From a virus: DNA of 64,000 nucleotides. The position numbers and the translations under genes were made by a program. The notes below the pieces were generated by a model. It ran no database searches, was not told where the DNA came from, and saw nothing but the letters and a program-made list of their open reading frames with translations. The first letter of the stretch is position 1, and every line of letters starts with the position of its first letter. Where the stretch lies: positions 1 through 64,000 of IMG/VR virus record IMGVR_UViG_3300007539_000013. One strand, 5' to 3'. Positions 46,361-55,515 of this stretch are shown here, piece by piece.

Positions 46361-47737
46361 CTACATGCCTAATGCTTGTAATAGTGGATTGCTAGGTTGA
46401 TTTACCTTTTGCTCAGTAGGTGCAGGCCGAGGAGAGGATGCAATACTTGGGGCCCTTGGCTTTACTGTTGGTTGTTGGACAGGCTGAGGGGCTGGTTGCG
46501 CCTGATTCATGTATATTGGAAGTATTTGCCTCTGTTTTTCAAGTGCCGAACTTATTGCCTCCTTACTTCTACTAGCAATAATAGCTACAAGATCATCATC
46601 CGTCCAAGTGTAGTATTCTGATCTTTTATCCTCAGGCAGTTGATAATATCTTTCCCTGCGCATAAAAATCTTTCCATCCCTTTGGGTCTGACCGCTATTA
46701 ATGAAGTTTTCTTGCTCTTGGTTCACCCAATCCAAAAGAGCTTGGTGACTCTGGTTACTTGGATCGTACTGTACTGCACCGGATGTAATATCAATAAGGA
46801 GGGAGGATGAATTCAATGCCTGTGTTGCAACTGCATCTATTGCTGAAAACTCCATAGGTTTTGTTTTCTGCAACTCTTCTGCTCCATTTTCTTTTTCGAG
46901 TATATCCCTAAATTCTTGAGGAATAGCATCTTTTACTTTTTGGACGGCATCTGACTTCCTTTTCTCAACTACCGGGGCAAGATTAATTAACTCTTGCTGT
47001 CTGCGTACGCGCTCTATTTCTGGCTTTAATTTTTCCCTAGCCCGTGCCTCCGCTTTCTCGACTAAAATCTCCTGCTCTATTTTTCTGGCGTCTGCTGATG
47101 TAAATCTTGGCTTTTCCCTGGATATGAAAGCTTTATATTCCTCATCGTTAGAAAGATCGGCGTGTGGGTCGTCCTTTAGTCTTTGATTGATATAGTTTCT
47201 AGTTTTATTGATATACGACTTCCATTGAGTGTCTGCCCCTTTGTACTCAGGCATTTTCTCGGAAGCATATTTCGCTAACTCATACACTTCTTTTTCTTCA
47301 GGAAGTAATGAGTCTACAAATTCTTGATCTTCGTTTTTTTCAACAGGAGTTTCACTTAAAGCATTGCTTCGTAAATCTTCAGGAATATCGGGATCGATAA
47401 CTTGTTTAATTTTTTTCTTTTTAGGCTCTGTTTTTTCCGGCTCAGGCTCACTAGATTTAGGCTCCTCCTCCTCCTTGGGTTCTTCCTTGGTTTCTTCTTT
47501 GGGCTCTTCAGGTTTCTCCTCTAAAGCCTCAGAAAGTGACCTAGGTGGACGACGAACCTCCTCCTCTTGCTTTTGCTCCTCCTCTTCTGCATGCTCCTCT
47601 TGCATTGCAATATCAAAGAGGGACTCATATATGGAGTTCTTCGGTTTTTGCTCTTGCTGTTCTGGCTCTGGAGTTGGCTCTGGGGTGGATTCCTCGGCTA
47701 TTTCTGTTTGCTCTAGGGTTTCAGTTTCTTCGCTCAT
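46361..47737 (-). CDS. scaffolding protein candidate
   Basis: E/P/K-rich disordered N-terminus, helical body; lies between portal and capsid. Confidence 0.65.
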   Translation of the reverse strand: MSEETETLEQTEIAEESTPEPTPEPEQQEQKPKNSIYESLFDIAMQEEHAEEEEQKQEEEVRRPPRSLSEALEEKPEEPKEETKEEPKEEEEPKSSEPEPEKTEPKKKKIKQVIDPDIPEDLRSNALSETPVEKNEDQEFVDSLLPEEKEVYELAKYASEKMPEYKGADTQWKSYINKTRNYINQRLKDDPHADLSNDEEYKAFISREKPRFTSADARKIEQEILVEKAEARAREKLKPEIERVRRQQELINLAPVVEKRKSDAVQKVKDAIPQEFRDILEKENGAEELQKTKPMEFSAIDAVATQALNSSSLLIDITSGAVQYDPSNQSHQALLDWVNQEQENFINSGQTQRDGKIFMRRERYYQLPEDKRSEYYTWTDDDLVAIIASRSKEAISSALEKQRQILPIYMNQAQPAPQPVQQPTVKPRAPSIASSPRPAPTEQKVNQPSNPLLQALGM

Positions 47738-50013
47738 ACCTGTACTTGTTGATCGGGACTAACTTGTGGTTGTTGTTCGGGTTCCATGGGTGGCGCACCT
47801 GGGGTAGGTTCTGCCATAGGCTCAGCTTGAGGAGCCGCTGACTGTGCCACCTGCATTAGTTGTTGTATCGTTTGAACAACCTGAGGCCATTGGGTCTTAA
47901 GCTGTTCGATAAATTGATGATTCTCGATACCCATATCCTCGTCTTTCTCATCAGACTCATCGAGTTCTAATTTAAGATCGTGGGCACCACTCATCCTAAA
48001 TATTTCATTAGCCATAGTGAAGAGGCGCTCTTTACCTAAGGCTGCCGCTACCGGTTCTACTTGCAAGATGCCTTGTAGTAACTGACTTAATACTTGTGCG
48101 GATTGAGTATCCCTAGAGCGCTCAGCTCCATCGCGAGTGGTAAATAAATACTCATGTATTAGTGTGTCTGGTGTACCTATAATATTTCTACGTATCGCCT
48201 TTAATGGTTCGCTATCATCCTCAAGCTCAAAGCCAGCTTCCTGTATAGATTTTACGCTGTATCTATTTTTCGCAGGAATTACAAACTTCTCGGTAGAGCA
48301 GGACACTAAATGCTCGTAAATTACCTTTTTTGCCGCAGCGCGCATGTCATCAATTCCCTCAGATATAAAAGAGTATATGGCATTGGTTGAATTCGTAATC
48401 TCAGCTACCTCCGTAGCGCTAATCTCACGCGGAGCGGGCTGACCCAGCTCTTGTGGAGACAGGATCAGCAAGCGCTCTACGAGATTAAGCAACTGGAGGA
48501 TTGCTTGGATTGACTGGTTTATGCCAGCTGACAATTCTTTCTGTGCGTCAACAACAGTAATAAAGTTCTTATTATCTATACCAAGGTCGGCTGCTTTTTG
48601 ACCCGAGTAAAACAATGCTTTTGGCTTCGAATAGAAGGTATCTTCAGAAAGCCCGTCCTTAATGTAATCTTTTACATCATCATCCAGGGCATCTTGGTCG
48701 ATACAGAAGATTTTCATCATGCTTATCTTCATGTCGTGTAGCATTTTTGACATGATGTTATTAAGCTGATCCTGAAAGGGCATGATCTCATGAGCTACAG
48801 ATATATTTGCTATGCGATCATCATTCTCGTTAATACCTCCATATATAGCAGGTAATGAAGGTAAGAACTCTGCGTATATTACGGTGTCATCACTTGCTAC
48901 GGTTAGTTTCAACCATACATCGTGCGGATAATCACCAATCCCCTCATTCATTGGGTTTATCCTCATGTACATTTGGGAAACAAACATTCCCTTATCGTCG
49001 TCCTCGGATGAATAGATTCCCGTTTGGGCAGTTCTTTCGTTCCTAAATGGATATGGATCCTGAACCCTTGGAAAGCTTATTTCCCCGGAACTAAAATAAT
49101 AACTAAAGAAATCAGAGTTAGCATTATACAGACCGCTCAATGTATTGGTGTAGCTTACCTCATCAATATTCCATGTATCTGTATTATTACTAATATCTCC
49201 ATACCTAATAATATCCCAAAACCCTATCCACTCAGGGCCATCATTGGTGTTTAGATCGTGAAGAGGTCGAGAGTGGTCGCGCATTACCCTCGTTGGGTGA
49301 GGTGTTCTAAATTTAACGCCAGACTTAATGCTTTTAGATTTCATTACAGACTCGCCTGAAATATCGTCTGTTTCCTCAATCCATTGGACATCTTCTGTCC
49401 ATGCAGTATCTACAAATGCAACGGAATGCCCGTACATAAACATTTGCCTTATAATCTGCTCCCATAGATGCCTGTAGCCAAATTGGTCGGTCATTACCTC
49501 AACCCTTTGGGATAATACATCAGCTCTTACTTTATCGGACACCGATGTACTTCTTGGCTCATACTTAAAATAAGGAAATAAATTTGAGAACCTACTTACC
49601 TGAGCCGCAACTCTTCTGGTTACATAAGACCTTATGAGATTAACCTGAACCTCGTAGAGTCTTAACATGTTAATTGATTTTAGCTCACCTTCATCTCCGT
49701 ACTCACAGAACTTCTCCGCAACATCAAGGTCATTAAGCTTAGACTCACACTCCTCTATGTTAATTTTACCTTGGGCATATTGTAACAAAGGTATAGTGCT
49801 CTTATTTATAGGGAGTGAGTCCCACGCTATATCTACAGATTGAAATAACTTTGCATTCTTAGCATTATGAGTAATGCCTTCGTGTATGCGGCTTTGCACC
49901 AAGTCCTCAAATCTTTCGCGAATTTCCTTATCTTCTCCATCGGTCGCAGTAAAAATTTCACGCAGTCTAGCTTGCGTACATCCGTATTTCTCGAGAATGC
50001 CTAAATTTATCAT
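47734..50013 (-). CDS. portal protein
   Basis: 759 aa; EISATEV motif; Q/P-rich tail; position after terminase. Confidence 0.8.
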   Translation of the reverse strand: MINLGILEKYGCTQARLREIFTATDGEDKEIRERFEDLVQSRIHEGITHNAKNAKLFQSVDIAWDSLPINKSTIPLLQYAQGKINIEECESKLNDLDVAEKFCEYGDEGELKSINMLRLYEVQVNLIRSYVTRRVAAQVSRFSNLFPYFKYEPRSTSVSDKVRADVLSQRVEVMTDQFGYRHLWEQIIRQMFMYGHSVAFVDTAWTEDVQWIEETDDISGESVMKSKSIKSGVKFRTPHPTRVMRDHSRPLHDLNTNDGPEWIGFWDIIRYGDISNNTDTWNIDEVSYTNTLSGLYNANSDFFSYYFSSGEISFPRVQDPYPFRNERTAQTGIYSSEDDDKGMFVSQMYMRINPMNEGIGDYPHDVWLKLTVASDDTVIYAEFLPSLPAIYGGINENDDRIANISVAHEIMPFQDQLNNIMSKMLHDMKISMMKIFCIDQDALDDDVKDYIKDGLSEDTFYSKPKALFYSGQKAADLGIDNKNFITVVDAQKELSAGINQSIQAILQLLNLVERLLILSPQELGQPAPREISATEVAEITNSTNAIYSFISEGIDDMRAAAKKVIYEHLVSCSTEKFVIPAKNRYSVKSIQEAGFELEDDSEPLKAIRRNIIGTPDTLIHEYLFTTRDGAERSRDTQSAQVLSQLLQGILQVEPVAAALGKERLFTMANEIFRMSGAHDLKLELDESDEKDEDMGIENHQFIEQLKTQWPQVVQTIQQLMQVAQSAAPQAEPMAEPTPGAPPMEPEQQPQVSPDQQVQV

Positions 50014-50327
50014 GACATAAAATCAAATATGTTATCTATGGTATCTGGAGCGAACTTACGCATATATGTAGATTCAAGTAGTGTTAGTATTATGCAAATA
50101 GGCAAAGGCACTTTCTTTCCTTCATCAACTCTACACAACTTACCTCCAACTAACGCCTCCAGCTCTGCTCTTGTTACATAAAGATACCGACATAGTCGCT
50201 CTACCCGCCTCTTGTCCCATCTTTCCTGTATTTCTAAGCGTGCGTATCTTGTTTTAATAAGAAGCTCAGCAGTTGTACTACTCTTCGGCTTCTTCTTCGC
50301 TTTCGTCTTCGTCTTCGTCTTCGTCAT
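50010..50327 (-). CDS. hypothetical protein (basic N-terminus, HTH-like)
   Basis: ATGA-coupled to portal. Confidence 0.6.
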   Translation of the reverse strand: MTKTKTKTKAKKKPKSSTTAELLIKTRYARLEIQERWDKRRVERLCRYLYVTRAELEALVGGKLCRVDEGKKVPLPICIILTLLESTYMRKFAPDTIDNIFDFMS

Positions 50328-50505
50328 CAGTTTGTGCAGTCACTGATATTAAACTTACCAATGGTGCGGATAATCTGCTTTCTGAAAGTTGGGACACCCT
50401 GAACTCAGCAGTTATTTTAACGACATCCCCAGCTTCAACGCCTTCAAAATCCTCAAGTAACTCTTCGTTGTTTTTTAAATCTATACTTAAAATGCTTTCT
50501 GCCAT
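50278..50505 (-). CDS. small acidic protein
   Basis: ATG 3 nt after the four-box array. Confidence 0.65.
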   Translation of the reverse strand: MAESILSIDLKNNEELLEDFEGVEAGDVVKITAEFRVSQLSESRLSAPLVSLISVTAQTDDEDEDEDESEEEAEE

Positions 50506-50508
50506 AAC

Positions 50509-50566
50509 TGTAACCTAATTTATATTGTAACACCCTACAAGCTGTAACTTAGGATTTATTGTAACT
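50509..50566. promoter_or_regulatory. four TGTAAC(A/C/T) boxes phased at 17 bp (element locus 10)
   Basis: Boxes start at 50509, 50526, 50543 and 50560. Confidence 0.8.
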
Positions 50567-50570
50567 AAAA

Positions 50571-52112
50571 TCAAGTTCCGATTTCTACTATCTGGCTTGA
50601 TGTTGAATCCGTGGTTATCACATGCTTGCTGTGATAAAATATAATTGGGTATGTAAGTGCATCAAAGCCATGAATATAGACTGAACGCTTTGGCTTGAAT
50701 GCGATATTTGGATCATAATGCTTGCCTGGTTTTTCGGATACCAGATTTCTAAACATCTTTAAGATATTAGTGCATTGAGACGACACGAGAATTTCTTCCC
50801 CCTGGAGGCATGCAATCATTAACCTGACCCTTGCCTCGACTGATCCACTAAATTTTGGTGCCGCACGCATTCGTATTGGACTTAACTTAAAGGTATCGGC
50901 TTTTGATTTTGATATTTCCTCTATATCCCGGACATCATAAGAGCCCGTCTTTGCCCTAAATTGATTAAATGCGGAGTTATCTGATATATGGATAAATGTA
51001 AAATCATGGCTACATATTCGATTCCAATAAGCCATCTTCCTCATAACTAATGGAATCATTGTGGTGTATGGTAGTTTTTTGTTTATGACCACCATTTCAT
51101 CAAACACCACCCATAGATTCTTATCTGCACCAGGTAAGTTTTGCATGAAGATTATAGCATTATTGACAGAACCTGGATCCCATCCGCATATTATCGGATA
51201 TTTTGTGTTTGGTATTATCCCTGTCTTTGCATCTCCTCTTACATGTAATGTTTTATTAAAGTAAGGGCCGAAAATTGCATCTCCCGCAGGGCGATCAATC
51301 CACTCCCCTCTCACCATCCTAGCTTCCTCTACAGGGTCGCTTTTAACGGCTTCTAGGATTCGGTCATAATAGCCAAGTGGCAAATTATCTACATTTTCTT
51401 TAATTGGAACATGGTAGGTCGAGTAGTCGTTGTTCCAGTTGCCGTCAGCATCATAGGGTTCTTCAAAAAACCTTTTATAAACCCAATGAGATGGCCCATC
51501 GGGATTGCAAGCTGCTAAATATTGTTGTGGCCCATGAATTCCTTGGCGCCTACCTAACTGCTGAACTACAGCATTAAAATAATCAGATGTATCCAAATTG
51601 GTAAGCTCATCCACAAACACAAGGCTAGGCTCAAAACCTTTTATCCTGTCCTTAATAAAAGCACCATAAGGAACAGATATAAGTACTACCCGAGAATGAC
51701 CTCCGTATCTATTTTCTATATCTATGTATAAGTTCTTCTGCGTATCTTGTCGCTCATCCGTATGTACCAATCCTATTCCCTCTACCCACTCGGGTAGTAT
51801 TTCTACCTGTAGTTTATGCCAGACACCACCAAGGGTAGCTTGTGATCTAACGCCAACTATAATTAATGCGAGTGCATTAAAATTTTCATAGCAGTGACGA
51901 ACGAGCTTATGGCCACCGAGTGAAAAAGTCTTTCCGGAACCCCGTTCACCATAAGCAAGTATATACTTTGCAGGATCATCAAATATACGTTGCTGAGTAG
52001 GACTGAGCGAAGGAGACCAGTTAGAAACCTCTGCTTCTTCGCCATTTTCATCATCTATTGCTTGGGCTAATCGCTCAGCTAGTACCTTGTCCTTCAGCTT
52101 CTTCGTCGACAT
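50571..52112 (-). CDS. terL: terminase large subunit
   Basis: Walker A GERGSGKT, Walker B VFVDE, ACNP, nuclease GWDPG and HGFDAL. Confidence 0.93.
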   Translation of the reverse strand: MSTKKLKDKVLAERLAQAIDDENGEEAEVSNWSPSLSPTQQRIFDDPAKYILAYGERGSGKTFSLGGHKLVRHCYENFNALALIIVGVRSQATLGGVWHKLQVEILPEWVEGIGLVHTDERQDTQKNLYIDIENRYGGHSRVVLISVPYGAFIKDRIKGFEPSLVFVDELTNLDTSDYFNAVVQQLGRRQGIHGPQQYLAACNPDGPSHWVYKRFFEEPYDADGNWNNDYSTYHVPIKENVDNLPLGYYDRILEAVKSDPVEEARMVRGEWIDRPAGDAIFGPYFNKTLHVRGDAKTGIIPNTKYPIICGWDPGSVNNAIIFMQNLPGADKNLWVVFDEMVVINKKLPYTTMIPLVMRKMAYWNRICSHDFTFIHISDNSAFNQFRAKTGSYDVRDIEEISKSKADTFKLSPIRMRAAPKFSGSVEARVRLMIACLQGEEILVSSQCTNILKMFRNLVSEKPGKHYDPNIAFKPKRSVYIHGFDALTYPIIFYHSKHVITTDSTSSQIVEIGT

Positions 52113-52755
52113 CTTTCAACTCCCTTAATGGCCTAAAGCCAGGTTTTTTCTTTGTTTCCGTCTTAGACTTTTGATCATACAACTTAAGCTGGAATTCTAG
52201 TCCTTTCAGTAATCTGTCATGAAACTTCCCCTGCTGCTCGCACGCCTGTATAAGAAGCCTGGTCTTTAATGCTTTTTCCTCAGGATCCATAAGTGGATCC
52301 TCTAGTTCCTCCCTTAATTTTTCACCCACCTCAAATAAGGCAATGTTTTGCCTCATATTTAATTTTTGAGTAACATTAAGAGCATGGGACATAAACATCC
52401 CAATGGAATCATCAAAGTTTTTAAATACCTCTAGCTTTTCAGCATTTTCGGGATTAACCAGCATTGACTTGATGTCATTCTCAAAGACATCCCTGCCATT
52501 TTTCTCAAGGTTTTCTACCATTCGCTGGTTTTTTTCATCATTACTTTCTCGAGCAATAACATCAATCTCATCAGGAATATCCTCACTTCTTCCATTCTCG
52601 ACCCAAACGGCCCGCAGTTTCGGGTCTTTTAGCACCCTATCCCTAACATAGTTCTTTCTTACGTTTAAATGCTGAGCTGTTTTAGTGTAGTCACCATCAT
52701 ACTGCTTAAGAACAGCACCCAGTAACTCTGTATCAATCTTTACTGCTTTGGGCAT
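52075..52755 (-). CDS. terminase small subunit candidate
   Basis: N-terminal HTH (GDYTKTAQHLNVRK) directly upstream of terL. Confidence 0.55.
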   Translation of the reverse strand: MPKAVKIDTELLGAVLKQYDGDYTKTAQHLNVRKNYVRDRVLKDPKLRAVWVENGRSEDIPDEIDVIARESNDEKNQRMVENLEKNGRDVFENDIKSMLVNPENAEKLEVFKNFDDSIGMFMSHALNVTQKLNMRQNIALFEVGEKLREELEDPLMDPEEKALKTRLLIQACEQQGKFHDRLLKGLEFQLKLYDQKSKTETKKKPGFRPLRELKDVDEEAEGQGTS

Positions 52756-53128
52756 TTCCTAAGATTCTAATTAAAGGAAGAAACGAGGTTTTCCAGTGGG
52801 GTGACGATTTAAGGTAACTAAACTTAGCACCCTTCCTTGAGTATGCGCGCATGCGGTTGCGATCTTGCCAGTCGAAAGGGTCAAAGTTGCAACCAAAGCA
52901 AAACCTCATGATCTCGCCCACGGGAATAGTATCCCACGAGGAAGTTCTACTAATCTCAAGAACCCTAGCTAAGGGAAACTCACCTTTGATGGCTACCTCT
53001 TGATCTGATAACGCTCGGACATGCTTGCTTCCGATTTTTTCACGGGCAAGCAATCTAACTAATGGTGGTGGGTATTCGCTAAGAATTCCCCACGGGGTTC
53101 TTTTTTTTCCATTCTTTAACTGCATCAT
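52733..53128 (-). CDS. hypothetical protein (HTH-like LSDQEVA)
   Basis: Start uncertain (ATG 53128/53125). Confidence 0.55.
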   Translation of the reverse strand: MMQLKNGKKRTPWGILSEYPPPLVRLLAREKIGSKHVRALSDQEVAIKGEFPLARVLEISRTSSWDTIPVGEIMRFCFGCNFDPFDWQDRNRMRAYSRKGAKFSYLKSSPHWKTSFLPLIRILGNAQSSKD

Positions 53129-53303
53129 AAGCTCCTTGTAATTTATTCCAGCCATGATGCTTCGATCCCATAAGAACTCTACTGCCGCATCCTGGTCGGA
53201 TTCCGACAATAAACCATTCATCCAAGAACTCCTCAACCTTTGGTCTTATGGCTTCATAACACTCAAAGGTTTCGTTTTGTATTTGTTTTTCTTTATCCTC
53301 CAT
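53079..53303 (-). CDS. hypothetical protein, first gene of the late operon
   Basis: MEDKEKQ start. Confidence 0.55.
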   Translation of the reverse strand: MEDKEKQIQNETFECYEAIRPKVEEFLDEWFIVGIRPGCGSRVLMGSKHHGWNKLQGAYDAVKEWKKKNPVGNS

Positions 53304-53342
53304 CCCAAAAGCAAAAACCAAAAAACCAATAAGGTCAAGCTA

Positions 53343-53366
53343 GCTTACACGAAATTTTATGTAACA
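53343..53366 (+). promoter_or_regulatory. TGTWACA-N10-TGTWACA element, locus 11
   Basis: GCTTACA CGAAATTTTA TGTAACA upstream of the late operon. Confidence 0.65.
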
Positions 53367-53406
53367 TTTCTCGTGCCAAGTGTATGTATCCATTAAGGTA
53401 TAGGAT

Positions 53407-54411
53407 CTATTGGATACTAAAGTATTGATCGGCCATTTCCTTATCTACCCTGTTGTTTTTATAGTTCTTAAGAAAAGTCTCGGAAGACATATGGCCCATG
53501 GTATCTAATGCCCACTCAAATGATTTCCAGTAGCCATAACTACCAAATGAGTGCCTGGCACCATTAGCTGGGTAATTAAACCCTACCCTACGGGACGCCC
53601 ACCTTCGCGCCAAGTTAAGTGCGTTGTAGGACGGCATAACTAAACCTTTAGACTTTGGTACCCAAGACCACAAATTCTCGGGTGGCTTGATCCATCGCTC
53701 CCTCCCCGTCTTAGTATGCTCAGCCTTTAGTCCTATAGATTTGCCCCATCGGATGTCTGAATATTTCAAGGTTGCCATTTCCACCTCGGGTCTAATTCCC
53801 GTGAATAACATAATCGCTAGTCCAGGTTTATACTTTTCGTCTATTTCATCTAAAAGTGCCTTAGCTTCATCAACCTGTAAAATACCGGGCAACTTAAAAA
53901 AAACTTTTTTTGTGTTCATTTTTAGGTCTGGATTAGTTTGCATATACCAATCTGATGCATTTTGCCCGTAACCCTTTTTCGCACACCATGCCATGAAGAT
54001 ACGAACAGCCCGTCCATATTCTTTTTTAGTTTTCTCCGACCAGTCCCCTGAGTTCACATACTTCTTGTACGACTCCACGGTTACATCTGATACTAACCTA
54101 CCTCCACCAAACCATGTTAGGAATTTATTAACCCGCTCCTCTGTTGTGCGATAGCCTTTTTGTTTTGGTTTGGCTGGATTATAATTATTCTCAAAGTACT
54201 CCGTCAAATACTCGCTGCTTGCTACATTGAGTAATGTCTGATCTCCAACAGGTTCTTTTTTAGCGACCTCACCTAGCCAACTAACCACATCAAACGCTTT
54301 GGCTTCCATGGCTGAATTAAAATACTTTCTTCTTCGCTTCCCGTCCCTATGAACTGAAAGTATCCACTTTTGTTTTCCTCTAACCTCTCCTTTATAAATA
54401 TTGATGTTCAT
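53407..54411 (-). CDS. int: phage integrase B (tyrosine recombinase)
   Basis: TGIRP, HTKT, NGARHSF, MGH...KNY; adjacent to tRNA-derived attP. Confidence 0.92.
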   Translation of the reverse strand: MNINIYKGEVRGKQKWILSVHRDGKRRRKYFNSAMEAKAFDVVSWLGEVAKKEPVGDQTLLNVASSEYLTEYFENNYNPAKPKQKGYRTTEERVNKFLTWFGGGRLVSDVTVESYKKYVNSGDWSEKTKKEYGRAVRIFMAWCAKKGYGQNASDWYMQTNPDLKMNTKKVFFKLPGILQVDEAKALLDEIDEKYKPGLAIMLFTGIRPEVEMATLKYSDIRWGKSIGLKAEHTKTGRERWIKPPENLWSWVPKSKGLVMPSYNALNLARRWASRRVGFNYPANGARHSFGSYGYWKSFEWALDTMGHMSSETFLKNYKNNRVDKEMADQYFSIQ

Positions 54412-54412
54412 G

Positions 54413-54432
54413 TGTCGCCACTTTTGTCGCCA
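54413..54432 (+). repeat. arm-type site pair TGTCGCCA x2
   Basis: 54413-54420 and 54425-54432. Confidence 0.65.
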
Positions 54433-54479
54433 GTAAATGTGTAAATTCGTGGTTATTTATGAAACTTAGTGAAGTAAAC

Positions 54480-54510
54480 AAAAAAACACCCCCCATTACT
54501 GAGAGGTGCT
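54480..54510 (-). terminator. terminator downstream of the tRNA 3' fragment
   Basis: Minus strand CACCTCTCA-GTAA-TGGGGGGTG followed by a T-run. Confidence 0.7.
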
Positions 54511-54539
54511 TATATAGTGAGATTGTGGCTTATTTAAAG

Positions 54540-54590
54540 TGGCACACCCGGCAGGAGTCGAACCTGCAACCTCCTGATCCGTAGTCAGGG
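54540..54590 (-). mobile_element. attP core: 3' part of tRNA-Arg(ACG)
   Basis: Minus strand CCTGACT-ACG-GATCAGG AGGTT GCAGG TTCGACT CCTGC CGGGTGTG CCA; no D-arm or 5' acceptor strand. Confidence 0.88.
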
Positions 54591-54600
54591 CATGATCCTC

Positions 54601-54918
54601 TTATTTACTGGGACTTGGGCTGGTGTTGCCAATTTGTTGCCAGATTAACTGTATGGATTCCATTATTTCTTCGTCATGGAAATAAACCCATGTAGCCATG
54701 CCGACATTACAGATCAGGGAGATCACCAAAATTACGCCAAGGCATAAGACCAATGTCTTAATACTTTGAGCAATCCCTTCCACCTTTAATGCAAGGTCGT
54801 GAACATCATTTAACCGAGTGCCATCCACTCTTATTTCGCCAATCTCACCATCCAGATCAGTAGACCACTCTTGGGTGTCGTGAAGAATTGTTATGTTCTG
54901 GGTGGAGGGGTTGTCCAT
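54601..54918 (-). CDS. single-pass membrane protein in lysogeny module
   Basis: LVLCLGVILVISLICNVGMATWVYF. Confidence 0.6.
   Translation of the reverse strand: MDNPSTQNITILHDTQEWSTDLDGEIGEIRVDGTRLNDVHDLALKVEGIAQSIKTLVLCLGVILVISLICNVGMATWVYFHDEEIMESIQLIWQQIGNTSPSPSK
54624..54642 (+). repeat. arm-type site pair TGTTGCCA x2
   Basis: 54624-54631 and 54635-54642, on the other side of the att core. Confidence 0.6.
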
Positions 54919-54920
54919 TA

Positions 54921-55142
54921 TTATTTCCTTTCTATATCTGCCGCAAACTTATCAATCTGCAGAGCTTTTGTTGGTTTGTAGTCATCGCTATAAATCTGCT
55001 CCAAGTATTCCACGATTGCATCCATTATGAATGCAGACGCTGATTTTTTTGTAATCGCCAGGTGATTATTCATCTTCTCCGCTAGATCTAGCGGTATCCT
55101 GGTATTTATAGCATATAGGGTGTTATTTTTATTTTTTGTCAA
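54921..55142 (-). CDS. ribbon-helix-helix regulator (repressor candidate)
   Basis: AINTRIPLDLAEKMNNHLAITKKSASAFIMDAIVEYL; TTG start. Confidence 0.7.
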   Translation of the reverse strand: MTKNKNNTLYAINTRIPLDLAEKMNNHLAITKKSASAFIMDAIVEYLEQIYSDDYKPTKALQIDKFAADIERK

Positions 55143-55222
55143 AGTAATTACTTTTTATCTTTTTGTATCACTATGTGTCAACGAAATATAATAAAATAAT
55201 TACTTTAATAATAATTTACTTT
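55141..55222. promoter_or_regulatory. divergent control region with AAAGTAATTACTTT-type operators
   Basis: Perfect palindrome 55141-55154; 13/14 copy 55193-55206; degenerate copy 55210-55222. Confidence 0.6.
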
Positions 55223-55264
55223 TTTTCTTTTCTTATCCTTTATCATCATTCATAACCCTTCAAC

Positions 55265-55498
55265 ATGAATGGGAAAAGCAAAGAATCATACTTAATGAAA
55301 GGTTCTGAAGTAATCTCCTTCCTAGGCTTAAAAGCTACGGCGGGATACAGATACCTACAGCATTTAGAAAAACATCAGATCATTCGACCAATCAAACTTC
55401 CGGGTCTTAAAACACCTAGATGGAAGCGTGAGGAGATCATCGAACTAGCCGAGACTAGGGATGATGTCGAGTGCCCTGAATTCGTAGTAAACCAATAA
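55265..55498 (+). CDS. excisionase/AlpA-like HTH protein
   Basis: LMKGSEVISFLG...RPIKL...RWKREEI. Confidence 0.75.
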   Translation: MNGKSKESYLMKGSEVISFLGLKATAGYRYLQHLEKHQIIRPIKLPGLKTPRWKREEIIELAETRDDVECPEFVVNQ

Positions 55499-55515
55499 AC
55501 CAACTGGAGGATTAT

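Noticed and set aside
7977-49254. Many short plus-strand ORFs opposite the late operon
   Set aside because: Antisense shadows of long minus-strand genes, with no recognisable motifs
50509-50566. Mini CRISPR array
   Set aside because: 7-bp repeats with 10-bp spacers are far too short; the Cas4-like gene is an ordinary phage nuclease
53101-53112. A8 run after an ATG as a slippage-dependent start for 52733 ORF
   Set aside because: In-frame ATGs at 53125/53128 explain the gene without slippage
54540-54615. Complete phage tRNA-Arg gene
   Set aside because: Sequence 5' of the anticodon arm forms no D-arm or acceptor strand, so treated as attP
55164-55182. TGTATCA...TGTCAAC as another copy of the 24-bp element
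   Set aside because: Spacing is 5 bp rather than 10 and the second box is poor
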